64,000 nt of DNA from Candidatus Sumerlaeia bacterium (lineage in GTDB: Bacteria; Sumerlaeota; Sumerlaeia; SLMS01; JANRJK01): the NCBI GenBank assembly GCA_033764015.1, contig JANRJK010000031.1, positions 32,001-96,000 of the forward strand, written 5' to 3'. The translations under genes were made by a program, and so were the position numbers. Shown here one piece after another: positions 35,692-45,908 of this stretch. The notes under the pieces were generated by a model. The model saw only the letters and a program-made list of their open reading frames with translations. It had not been told where the DNA came from and ran no database searches. The stretch's first letter is position 1. Every line of letters begins with the position of its first letter.

Positions 35692-37176
35692 ATGCGCGTC
35701 CTCGTCTGGCTCAGAAGCGACCTCCGCCTCCACGACCATGTGCTCTTCTCGCGCGCGGCTCAGCAGGATGTGGAAATCCTCCCGGTTTTCATCTGGGGCC
35801 AGCGATTAACGGGGACCTTCCGCGACGGCGAGCCCCGCATGGGCACGCACCGGCACCGCTTTCTGCGACAGTCGTTGGACCACTTGGGCGAGTCGCTCGC
35901 GTCGGCGGGGGCGCCGCTGCTGGTTTGCCGCGGCGACGAGGGTGACATCCTGCCGCGGCTCCTGTCGCAGCACCGAATCGACGAGCTCTGGTGCCACGCC
36001 GAGGCGGCGGTCGAAGAGCGCGCGGAGGAGGCCGCCGCGGAGCGGGCCTGCTCCGACGCCGGCGCGCGGTTCCGGCGCTTCTGGGGCCACACGCTGGTCC
36101 ACCGCGACGACCTGCCGTTCGAATCGCTCGCCGATCTTCCGGACACTTTCACGGAATTCCGCAAGGCGGTCGAGCGCCGCGGGCTCTTCCGCGCGCCGAT
36201 CGAGGCCCCCAAGCGCCTGCGCGGCATCGACGCGTCCGGCTCCCCGCTCGCGCACCGCGAGGCGGACGGCGACGTGGTCTCCGCCGGCGACGAGCGCGCC
36301 GTGCTGCCCTTCCGCGGCGGCGAGGGCGACGGGCTCGCCCGCCTCTGGGACTACCTCTGGGGGCGCGACCTGCTGCGGAACTACAAGGAGACGCGCAACG
36401 GCCTCCTCGGCGGCGATTACTCCTCGAAGTTCTCGCCGTGGCTGGCGGTCGGCGCGCTCTCGCCCCGCCAGATCCTCCACGAGGTGCGCCGGTACGAGCG
36501 CGAGGTCGTCGCGAACGACTCCACCTACTGGCTCGTCTTCGAACTGCTGTGGCGGGACTACTTCCGGTTCGTGGCGCTCAAGTACGGCTCTCGGCTCTTC
36601 AAGCGCGGCGGCCTCAAGGGGTCCCCGGGCCACACGGCGCCGGAGGTTCCCGGCCATTTCGACGCCTGGGCGGCGGGGCGCACCGGAGTCCCCTTCGTGG
36701 ACGCCAACATGCGCGAGCTGAACGCCACCGGCTTCATGTCCAACCGCGGACGGCAGAACGCCGCGAGCTACCTTGTGTGCGATCTCGGCGTCGATTGGCG
36801 CCGGGGCGCGGAGTACTTCGAGCGCGTGCTGCTGGACTACGACCCGTGCAGCAACTGGGGGAACTGGGCCTATATCGCCGGCGTCGGCAACGACCCGCGG
36901 GAGGACCGCTACTTCAACGTGGTCGGGCAGGCGCGGCGCTACGACACGGACGGGGCCTACACGCGGCTGTGGGTGCCGGAGCTCGCGGGCCTGCGCACGC
37001 CGGCGCTGCACGAACCCTGGGCCGCGCGCCGCGAGGAGCTGGCGGAGGGGCGCGTCGCGCTCGGGCGCGACTACCCGCGCCCGCTCGCCACACCCCGCCC
37101 CGCGCCGCCCGAGGCAGCCGACGCCCCCCGCAAGCACCGGCCCCGCGGCGGGCGGTCCAGCTCCCGCCGGGCCTAG
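35692..37176 (+). CDS. DASH-family cryptochrome/photolyase
   Basis: WLRSDLRLHD, FTEFRKAVE, YKETRNGLLGGDYSSKFSPWLA, FELLWRDYF, GFMSNRGRQN and GVGNDPREDRYFN. Confidence 0.93.
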   Translation: MRVLVWLRSDLRLHDHVLFSRAAQQDVEILPVFIWGQRLTGTFRDGEPRMGTHRHRFLRQSLDHLGESLASAGAPLLVCRGDEGDILPRLLSQHRIDELWCHAEAAVEERAEEAAAERACSDAGARFRRFWGHTLVHRDDLPFESLADLPDTFTEFRKAVERRGLFRAPIEAPKRLRGIDASGSPLAHREADGDVVSAGDERAVLPFRGGEGDGLARLWDYLWGRDLLRNYKETRNGLLGGDYSSKFSPWLAVGALSPRQILHEVRRYEREVVANDSTYWLVFELLWRDYFRFVALKYGSRLFKRGGLKGSPGHTAPEVPGHFDAWAAGRTGVPFVDANMRELNATGFMSNRGRQNAASYLVCDLGVDWRRGAEYFERVLLDYDPCSNWGNWAYIAGVGNDPREDRYFNVVGQARRYDTDGAYTRLWVPELAGLRTPALHEPWAARREELAEGRVALGRDYPRPLATPRPAPPEAADAPRKHRPRGGRSSSRRA

Positions 37177-37272
37177 CGGCGAACACCCTTCCCAACGCCA
37201 ACCAATTCGGTTTGCGGTGAAGTCCATTCCGTGGATTCTCAAGCGGCAACGCCGCGGACGGAGAGCGCACCC

Positions 37273-39204
37273 ATGGCCGAACTAGAACGCAAACTGGCGC
37301 AAGTGCGCCGACGCCTCCTTTTCCTGCGCGCCATCCATTGGTCCTTCGAGGCGCTTTTCTGGGCGCTGGTGGCGAGCATCGCCGTGGTGTTCGCCGGCAA
37401 GCTGCTCCCGCTGCCCATGGACGCGGTCGCGCTCGCCGCCGCCGTGACCGGCGCGGCGGTGCTCGGCGCGGTGCTGTCCGCGCTCTGGAAGGGGCTCTCG
37501 CTGTTCCAGGCCGCGGCCGCCGCGGACGAGCGCCTCGGCCTTCGCGAACGCCTCTCCACCGCCTGGGCCGTGCGCGAAGCCGTCGCCCGCGTCCCCGAGG
37601 CCGCCGCCGTCGCCGAGGACGCGCTCCGCCACGCCAAGGCGATCCGTCCCCGCGACCAGTTCCCGGTGCGCGTGTCGACCCGCGGCAAGTACTTCGCCCT
37701 GCCGCTCTTCGCGGCCTTCGCCCTGCAGCAGTTCATGCCGCCGATGGACCTGTTCCCCGAGCCGAAGCTCCCCCCCGAACCCCCCGCCGCGGTCGCGCCG
37801 GAGCAGCTCCAGAAGGAAGTGGAGTCGCTCCGCAAGCTCGCGAAGGAGACGCGCGAGGCCGCCCTCAACGAGGAGGATCCGCTCTCGAAGAGCGCCGCCG
37901 AGCTGGAGCGCCTCGCGCGCGACCTCTCCGTGGGGCTCAAGGACCGGCGCTCCGTCGCCGCCGAGATGTCCCGCCTGGGCGACGACTTGAAGCTCGAGAA
38001 GCGCGAACTCCAGCGCCGGCAGGAACCGTTCAAGGCGCTGCAGGGGCTCAACCGCGCGAACCAGACGCGCGACCTGCAGCAGGACATGAAGGACGGCGAC
38101 TTCGAAGGCGCCGCGGAGAAGCTGGAGAACCTCGCGAAGGAACTCGAGCAGCTCGACTCTAAGTCCGCGGAGGAGCGGGAGGAACTCGCCCGCGAGCTGC
38201 AGGACGTGGCGGACCAGCTTCCGCAGGGCGACCCGATGAAGCAGGCGATGCAGCAGGCGGCGGAAGCGCTGAACCAGGCGAACCAGCAGCAGCCGTCGAA
38301 CCCGCAGGCGCAGAGCGGCAACGACTCGCAGTCGGGCCAGGAGGGATCCTCCCAGACCGGCGGCGGGCAGGAGTCCGGCCAGTCCGGCGCGCCGCAAACG
38401 GGCATGCCGGGGATCCAAGCCGCGCAGGCGCTGCGGCAGGCCGCCGGCGCCGCACAGGAAAAGCAGGAAGCGCAGCAGATGGTGCAGAAGCTCGACCAGC
38501 TCCAGCAGCAGATGCAGCAACAGCAGCAGCAGATGTCGGGGCAGGGCTCCTCGTCCCAGTCGCAAGGCCAGCAGGGCCAGCAAGGCCAGCAGTCGGGCCA
38601 GCAGGGACAGCAAGGTGGCCAACAGGGCCAGCAGTCCGGCCAGCAAGGCCAACAATCCGGCCAACAATCCGGCCAGCAGTCCGGTCAACAAGGTGGCCAA
38701 CAAGGCCAGCAACAGGGTGGCCAGCAAGGCGGCCAACAGGGCAGTCAGCAAGGCCAGCAGGGACAGCAGCCGGGCGGCGACCAGGGGAGCGGGCAGCAAG
38801 GCGGCAACCAGCCCGGCGGCCAACAGGGCCAGGGGCAGGGCCAAGGGCAGGGCAACAACCCCAGCCAAGGGCCGTTCAACCCGAACCAGGGCGGCGGAAC
38901 CGGCGGCCAAGGGCGTGGCCAGGGCGGGCGCCCGCCGGACGACGGCAGCCGCGCGATCCAGTTCAACGACTCGCTGATCCAAGGCATCAAGAACGAGAAC
39001 GGCCAGATCATCGCGATCATCGAAATCGACGCCCCCGCCCCCGTCGGCGAGTCCAACGTCCAGTACCAGCAGGTGTTCAACTCCTACCAGCAGAAGGCTT
39101 CGGACACGCTGAAGAACGACGTCATCCCCCTGAACTACCGGAACGCGGTGCGCGACTACTTCGAGTCGATCAATCCGCAGCGGGAAGCGCCACCGGCTCC
39201 GTGA
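37273..39204 (+). CDS. Membrane protein with coiled coil and Gln/Gly-rich low-complexity region (MoxR-operon associated)
   Basis: Three TM helices, GLRERLSTA, long coiled coil, GQQ repeats and C-terminal IPLNYRNAVRDYFE. Alternative start GTG 37231. Confidence 0.8.
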   Translation: MAELERKLAQVRRRLLFLRAIHWSFEALFWALVASIAVVFAGKLLPLPMDAVALAAAVTGAAVLGAVLSALWKGLSLFQAAAAADERLGLRERLSTAWAVREAVARVPEAAAVAEDALRHAKAIRPRDQFPVRVSTRGKYFALPLFAAFALQQFMPPMDLFPEPKLPPEPPAAVAPEQLQKEVESLRKLAKETREAALNEEDPLSKSAAELERLARDLSVGLKDRRSVAAEMSRLGDDLKLEKRELQRRQEPFKALQGLNRANQTRDLQQDMKDGDFEGAAEKLENLAKELEQLDSKSAEEREELARELQDVADQLPQGDPMKQAMQQAAEALNQANQQQPSNPQAQSGNDSQSGQEGSSQTGGGQESGQSGAPQTGMPGIQAAQALRQAAGAAQEKQEAQQMVQKLDQLQQQMQQQQQQMSGQGSSSQSQGQQGQQGQQSGQQGQQGGQQGQQSGQQGQQSGQQSGQQSGQQGGQQGQQQGGQQGGQQGSQQGQQGQQPGGDQGSGQQGGNQPGGQQGQGQGQGQGNNPSQGPFNPNQGGGTGGQGRGQGGRPPDDGSRAIQFNDSLIQGIKNENGQIIAIIEIDAPAPVGESNVQYQQVFNSYQQKASDTLKNDVIPLNYRNAVRDYFESINPQREAPPAP

Positions 39205-40172
39205 TCCAAGGCTCGCCGCAGGTCCGCGCGCTCGTGTTGCTGGCCGCCGCCGCATGCCTTGCGGCGTGCGGCGGCGGCGGGCCCGAGGGGGGAGTCGACG
39301 CCGTGTTCGGCTCCCGAGGACGCCAGCTCGGCCAGTTCCTGCAGCCCCGCGCCATCGCGATCGACTCGAACGAGCAGGCCGTCGTCGTGGACCGCTCCGG
39401 GCGCGTGCAGGTGTTCCAGCTCCCAGGCTTCGAGCGCGTCGCGAACTGGATGCTCCCCGCGTGGGACAACGGCACGCCGACGGGGATCGCGCTCGATCCG
39501 CTCGATGAAACCGTGTGGATCGCCGACACGCACTACCAGCGGCTGCTGCACTACGCGCGCGACGGCCGGCTGCTCGGCGCCATCGGCAAGTACGGCACCG
39601 GCCCCGGCGAGTTCATCTTCCCCACGGACCTCGCGCTCACGCCCGACGGACAGACGATCTGGGTCACCGAGTACGGCGAGCGGAACCGGCTGATGAAGTT
39701 CGCCCGCACCGGCGAGTTCCTCGCCGAGTACGCCGGCCCCGCGTACCAGAAGAGCGAGCTGGCGCGCCCCATGTCCGTCGAGATCGGCGCCAACGGGCTC
39801 ATCTACATCGCCGACGCCGCGCACCACCAGGTGGCGGTGTTCGGCCAGGACGGCGAGCCCCGCTTCCGCTTCGGCGGCCCGGGCGACGGCCCCGGCGAAC
39901 TGCGCTATCCCTACGACCTCGCCATCACGCCGAACGGCGACGTGTATGTTTGCGAGTACGGCAACGACCGCGTGAGCCGCTTCACCGCCGAGGGTGAGTT
40001 CCTCGGCCACTTCGGAAGCGGCGGCAACCTCCCCGGCCGGTTCTTCTCCCCCTGGGGCCTAGCCGTCAGCGCCAAGGGCACCATGCTGGTGGCCGACACG
40101 AACAACAACCGGCTGCAACTGGTGCGCGACGCGGCGGCGGTGGTGAGCGCGGGGGGCGGTCCCCGCACATGA
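39201..40172 (+). CDS. NHL-repeat beta-propeller lipoprotein
   Basis: Lipobox LAAC. Repeats such as GQFLQPRAIAID, GEFIFPTDLAL, GELRYPYDLAI and FFSPWGLAV. Confidence 0.88.
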   Translation: MIQGSPQVRALVLLAAAACLAACGGGGPEGGVDAVFGSRGRQLGQFLQPRAIAIDSNEQAVVVDRSGRVQVFQLPGFERVANWMLPAWDNGTPTGIALDPLDETVWIADTHYQRLLHYARDGRLLGAIGKYGTGPGEFIFPTDLALTPDGQTIWVTEYGERNRLMKFARTGEFLAEYAGPAYQKSELARPMSVEIGANGLIYIADAAHHQVAVFGQDGEPRFRFGGPGDGPGELRYPYDLAITPNGDVYVCEYGNDRVSRFTAEGEFLGHFGSGGNLPGRFFSPWGLAVSAKGTMLVADTNNNRLQLVRDAAAVVSAGGGPRT

Positions 40173-43129
40173 TCCGCTTCGCCGCCCCGGAGTACCTCGT
40201 CCTGCTGCTCGCGCTGCCGCTCCTGTGGTGGCTGGCGCGCGGGCTCCGGGGGCTCGGCGCGGGGCGCCGCCGCCTGGTCGTCGCCGTCCGCACCGCGCTC
40301 GCCGCGCTGCTCGCGCTCGCGCTCGCGCAGCTCGAGTTCACCCGGCGCTCCGAGCTGCTCTCCGTCTACTACCTCATCGACCAGTCCGACTCCGTGCCGC
40401 AGGAGCAGATCGAGACGTCGGCGCGGCTGATCCAGGAGTTCTCGCGCTCGATGACGGCCCGCGACGAGGCGGGCATGGTGGTCTTCGGCGCGACGCCCTC
40501 GCTCGAGAGCGCCGCCGCGCGCGGCTTCGAGTTCGACGGGCGCATCGCCTCCGTGGTCGACCGCACGCGCAGCGACATCTCCGGCGCGGTGCGCCTCGCC
40601 ATGGCGGCGTTCCCCGCGGACCGCATGCGGCGCATCGTCCTGTTCAGCGACGGCAACGAGAACAGCGGCAACGCCCTCGAGGCCGCCCGCCTCGCCGGCG
40701 CCAACGGCATCCCGCTCGACGTGGTCCCGCTGCGCTACAACAAGTCGCAGGACGTCAGCATCGAGAAGGTCGTCGTCCCGCAGCAGACCGCCACCGACGC
40801 GCCCTTCGACGTGCGGATCTACGTCCAGTCCGAGCGCGAGGCGCAGGGCGTCCTGCGCCTCTTCGAGGACGGGCGCCTCATCGCCGAGGAGCGCGTCAAC
40901 GTCGAGGCGGGGCGCAACACGCCCTACGTCCTCACGCGGCGCCTCGAGGACGGCGGCTTCCACAAGTACCAGGCCACGCTCGACGTGGACGACGACCCCC
41001 GCGCCCAGAACAACACCGGCGAGGCCTTCACCTTCCTCAAGGCCGAGCCACGCGTGCTCCTCATCGAGGGCGACGACGCCGCGGGCGGGGTGGACTTCCT
41101 CCTCGGCGCGCTCCGCGCGGAGAACATCCGCGCCGAGACCGGCGGCCTGAACGACATCCCGCGCACCCTCGACGAGCTGCAGCGCTACGACTCGATCATC
41201 CTCTCTAACGTCCCCGCCTCCGCCATGACGCGGACGCAGATGCAGATGATCGAACGCGGCGTGCACGACCTCGGGATCGGCCTGGTGATGATCGGCGGCG
41301 ACCAGTCCTACGGCGCCGGCGGCTACCAGGACACCCCGATCGAGCTCGCGCTGCCGGTCTCCATGGACATCAAGCAGAAGCGCGTGCTTCCGAACGGCGC
41401 GCTGGTGGTGGTCCTGCACACGGCGGAGATCGCCGCGGGCAACGCCTGGGCGCGCGAGATCGCGCTCGCCTCGCTCAACGTGCTCTCGCGCCAGGACTAC
41501 TTCGGCATCCTCTACTACGGCGCCGCCCCCGGCCAGCAGGGCTTCGCCGGCGGCTGGGGCGACTACTGGGCCTGGGACGCGCCGGTCCAGATGGCCGGCG
41601 ACAAGCGCTCCATGCGCACCGCCATCAAGGGCCTCGCGCCCGGCGACATGCCCTCCTTCGCGCCCGCCATGGCGATGGCGGTCCAGGAGCTCAAGCCGCT
41701 CCCCACGCAGGTGAAGCACCTCGTCATCATCTCCGACGGCGACCCGCAGCCGCCCACGCAGGCGACGGTCAACGCGATCCGCGACGAGGGCATCACGGTC
41801 TCCACCGTCGCCATCTCGCCGCACACCGGCCAGACGGTCGAGCTGATGGAGCAGATCGCCTACTGGGGCGCGGGCGAATTCTACTTCCCCAAGACCAGCG
41901 CGGAGCTCCCCCGCATCTTCACCAAGGAAGCCTCCGTCGTCCGCAAGTCGCTCATCAGCGAGCAGCAGTTCGCCCCGGTCTACGCGCAGCCCAGCGACCT
42001 GCTGCGCGGCCTGCAGGACGGCCTCCCCCCGCTGGGCGGCATCGTCGTCACCACCGCCAAGGACCTCGCCACCACGGCGCTCGTGCGCGAGTCGCTGGTC
42101 GACGGCGCCGTGGTCGACTCGGACCCGGTGCTGGCGCACTGGCGCTACGGCCTCGGCAAGACCGTCGCCTTCACCAGCGACGCGAAGAACAAGTGGGCCG
42201 CCGCCTGGGTCGCGCAGCCGCTCTTCGGCAAGTTCTGGTCGCAGGCGGTCCGCTGGTCGCTCCGCGAAACCAGCTCGGAGAACTACCAGGTCTCGACCGA
42301 CATCGCCGACGGGCAGGGCAAGCTCACCATCGACGCGGTGGACCCGGAGGGGAACTTCCGCAACTACGTCGAGTTCGACACCACGGTGCTGGGCCCGGAC
42401 CTGGAGCCGCGCAAGGTCTCCGTGCGGCAGGTGGGCCCGGGCCGCTACGAGGGCACCTTCCCCGCGGGCGACATCGGCAGCTACATGGTGAGCCTCAGCC
42501 CCCGCGGCGCCGAGGGCGGCTCGGAGCTGGTGGTCGCCGGCGCGTCGCTCTCCTACTCGCCCGAGTACGAGACCACGCGCAGCAACGACGACTTCCTCGA
42601 GGCGCTGGCGAAGGCGAGCGGCGGCGAGGTGATCGCCCAGGGCTACTCGCCCTTCCGCCACAACGTCCGCGCGATGGAGCGGCCCACGCCGCTGTGGCCG
42701 CTGCTGCTGCTGCTCGCCGTGCTGCTGACGCCGGCGGACGTGTTCTTCCGCCGCGTGCTGCTCGACTGGTCCGACGCGCGGGCGTGGCTGGCGGAGCGCC
42801 GCGCCAGGCGCTCGCCGGAGGCGGAGCAGGAGCGGCTCGGCTCGCTCAAGGCCGCCAAGGAGCGCGCCGGCGCGAAGCCCCGCGACGCCTCCGACGCCGC
42901 CGCCCGCGAGGAGTTCCGCAAGCGCCTCGACGCGGAAGCCAAGGGCGCCCCAGCGCAGCCCTCCGTCTTCAAGGCGCCCGAGCCCGGCCACGCCCCGGTG
43001 CGCCACCGCGCCAAGGAGACCGCCGCCGGCTCGGCCGCGCGCCCCGCGGAGGGCGGCTCCATGGACTCGCTCCTCGAAGCGAAGCGCCGGGCCCGCCGCA
43101 GGACCGGCGACGGCGAGGAGCAGAAATGA
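40169..43129 (+). CDS. Membrane VWA-domain protein with GATase1-like domain
   Basis: BatA-like N-terminus, LIDQSDS MIDAS, LFSDGNEN, GLVMIGGDQSYGAGGY, a second IISDGD, YGLGKTVAFTSD and a C-terminal TM. Confidence 0.85.
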   Translation: MIRFAAPEYLVLLLALPLLWWLARGLRGLGAGRRRLVVAVRTALAALLALALAQLEFTRRSELLSVYYLIDQSDSVPQEQIETSARLIQEFSRSMTARDEAGMVVFGATPSLESAAARGFEFDGRIASVVDRTRSDISGAVRLAMAAFPADRMRRIVLFSDGNENSGNALEAARLAGANGIPLDVVPLRYNKSQDVSIEKVVVPQQTATDAPFDVRIYVQSEREAQGVLRLFEDGRLIAEERVNVEAGRNTPYVLTRRLEDGGFHKYQATLDVDDDPRAQNNTGEAFTFLKAEPRVLLIEGDDAAGGVDFLLGALRAENIRAETGGLNDIPRTLDELQRYDSIILSNVPASAMTRTQMQMIERGVHDLGIGLVMIGGDQSYGAGGYQDTPIELALPVSMDIKQKRVLPNGALVVVLHTAEIAAGNAWAREIALASLNVLSRQDYFGILYYGAAPGQQGFAGGWGDYWAWDAPVQMAGDKRSMRTAIKGLAPGDMPSFAPAMAMAVQELKPLPTQVKHLVIISDGDPQPPTQATVNAIRDEGITVSTVAISPHTGQTVELMEQIAYWGAGEFYFPKTSAELPRIFTKEASVVRKSLISEQQFAPVYAQPSDLLRGLQDGLPPLGGIVVTTAKDLATTALVRESLVDGAVVDSDPVLAHWRYGLGKTVAFTSDAKNKWAAAWVAQPLFGKFWSQAVRWSLRETSSENYQVSTDIADGQGKLTIDAVDPEGNFRNYVEFDTTVLGPDLEPRKVSVRQVGPGRYEGTFPAGDIGSYMVSLSPRGAEGGSELVVAGASLSYSPEYETTRSNDDFLEALAKASGGEVIAQGYSPFRHNVRAMERPTPLWPLLLLLAVLLTPADVFFRRVLLDWSDARAWLAERRARRSPEAEQERLGSLKAAKERAGAKPRDASDAAAREEFRKRLDAEAKGAPAQPSVFKAPEPGHAPVRHRAKETAAGSAARPAEGGSMDSLLEAKRRARRRTGDGEEQK

Positions 43130-43163
43130 TTGACACAGTCAACCAATCCCCGGAGGCCCTGCC

Positions 43164-44177
<1,014 letters not shown>

Positions 44178-44198
44178 GGGGGGGCGCAGCTCCCGGCG

Positions 44199-44279
44199 GG
44201 CCCCGACATGAATGCCGGGGCCATGATTGCCGCCATCGACGAACCACCAACCTTGGTAGCCCCGGCCTTCAGGCCGGGG
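44199..44279. repeat. Inverted doublet of REP-like palindromes
   Basis: GTAG-CCCCGGCC-TTCA-GGCCGGGG (44256-44279) and a degenerate inverted copy GGCCCCGGCATTCATGTCGGGG on the minus strand (44199-44222). Confidence 0.7.
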
Positions 44280-44295
44280 ATCGGGGGCGGCGAAC

Positions 44296-44580
44296 TCAGT
44301 CGAGAATCGCTCGGCGGTCAAACTCGACGGCATGTCCCTCCAGAAGCTCCGAGAACTGGTCGTCGAACCTCGCCCGACGATGATGGTCCTCCTGCCTCTC
44401 GATGTAGCGGTAGACGCGGTCGCGCTGGGATTGGCTGACGCCACGTCCTTCAGCGCCAGCACTCCTTCCCAGAGCGACGGTGTGGTCCGAAGGCTGCACA
44501 GGATGTGGACGTGGTCTTCGTCGCCGTTGATGATCAGCGCCATCCCCCCGAAACGCGATTTGGTGCCTGCCACGTATGGG
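44296..44580 (-). pseudogene. tnpA: IS200/IS605-family (RAYT-like) Y1 transposase remnant
   Basis: One frame gives PYVAG...ALIINGDEDHVHILCSL (HUH motif). A shifted frame gives VSQSQRDRVYRYIERQEDHHRR...F.ELL..H.VEFD (catalytic Tyr). The gene is 5'-truncated and the WQxGY segment is missing. Confidence 0.8.
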
Positions 44581-44648
44581 CCGCGCTTCGCCCGACCCCC
44601 TCCGCCTCCCGTTGCCACCCCCGCCCCGCGTGGCGCCCAGTTCCCGCC

Positions 44649-45833
44649 ATGCGAACCCTCCCCTCCCTTCTTCTGCTGTTGCTGCTCCTCGCCGGCGGCT
44701 GCGCCCGCCGCCCGGAGACGATCCGCATCGCGGTCTTCAACATCCGCGAGCTGTCCACCGACGTCCTCACCGCGACCGACAAGCGGGGCCGCGGCGTCGA
44801 GCCGCAGGCCGTCGCCGCCGCGCGCGTCATCCAGCGCGTCCGCCCCGACATCCTCGTCATCAACGAGATCGACCACGACTACTCGACGCCGCAGGCCGCG
44901 CAGGACCTCGCGCTGAACCTGCGTCGCTTCCAGGAGCACTACCTCGCGCACGGCCCCGATCCGATCCGCTACGACCACGCCTTCGCCGCGCCGTGCAACA
45001 CCGGCATCCCGAGCGGAGCCGACCTTGGGCGCGACGGCAAGGTCTCGACCGCGGAGGACGCCGGCTCGCGGGGCTACGCCGACGACTGCTTCGGCTACGG
45101 CGAATACCCCGGCCAGTACTCCATGGGCGTCCTCTCGCGACTCCCCGTCGACGCGGAGCGCGCCCGCTCCTGGCGGCGCCTGCTCTGGCGCGACATGCCC
45201 GGCAACAACCTGCCGCCGGGCCACTTCGACGAGTCGCAGCTCGCCGCGCTCCGCCTCTCGAGCAAGTCGCACTGGGCCGTGCCGGTCCTCGCCGGCGGGG
45301 GCGTGATCCACCTCGTCGTCGCGCACCCCACGCCGCAGGGCTTCGACGGCCCGGAGGACCGCAACGGGCGCCGCAACTGGGACGAGGCGCGCCTGGTGGC
45401 CGACATCATCGGCGGCGCCGGCTGGCTGGTGGACGACCTCGGCGCCCCCGGCGGCCTCGGCCCGGAGGAGGAGTTCGTCGTCCTCGGCGACATGAACGCC
45501 GACCCGCGCCGCGGCACCCGCATCGGCGGGCGGACCGCCATCGACCAGATCCTCGCGCACCCCCGCGTGCAGGACGTGTCGGCGCTGCAGTCGAGCGCCG
45601 GCGCCTTGCGCGAACGCGCCCCGGGCCAGCCGGAGCTCCACGAGTTCAACACCTTCGGCGACCGCGACGGCTCGCGCTACGACTACGCGCTCCCCTCGCG
45701 CGGGCTGGCGGTCCGGGGCGCCGGCGTGCACTGGCCGAGCCCCCTCGACGATCCCGACGGCGCGATCACCGCCGAGTTCGCCAGCGACCACCGGCTGGTG
45801 TGGGTCGACGTGGAGGCGCCCGGCGCGCCCTGA
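44649..45833 (+). CDS. Endonuclease/exonuclease/phosphatase family lipoprotein
   Basis: Lipobox AGGC, IAVFNIREL, PDILVINEID, RLSSKSHW, HPTP, GDMNADP and ASDHRLVWVD. Confidence 0.88.
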   Translation: MRTLPSLLLLLLLLAGGCARRPETIRIAVFNIRELSTDVLTATDKRGRGVEPQAVAAARVIQRVRPDILVINEIDHDYSTPQAAQDLALNLRRFQEHYLAHGPDPIRYDHAFAAPCNTGIPSGADLGRDGKVSTAEDAGSRGYADDCFGYGEYPGQYSMGVLSRLPVDAERARSWRRLLWRDMPGNNLPPGHFDESQLAALRLSSKSHWAVPVLAGGGVIHLVVAHPTPQGFDGPEDRNGRRNWDEARLVADIIGGAGWLVDDLGAPGGLGPEEEFVVLGDMNADPRRGTRIGGRTAIDQILAHPRVQDVSALQSSAGALRERAPGQPELHEFNTFGDRDGSRYDYALPSRGLAVRGAGVHWPSPLDDPDGAITAEFASDHRLVWVDVEAPGAP

Positions 45834-45908
45834 GCCGCCCCATCCTCCGCTTTACACTCCGCGCGGCGCGGCGCTTCCTCGTGGACGGGAATGGAGGTTC
45901 CCGCCCCG

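Noticed and set aside
38560..38860. Possible CRISPR array or DNA tandem repeat
   Set aside because: The repeats are in-frame GQQ codons with synonymous variation and no repeat-spacer structure. No cas genes are present.
44296..44499. 67-aa ORF as an independent small gene
   Set aside because: Its C-terminal half is the frameshifted end of the tnpA remnant.
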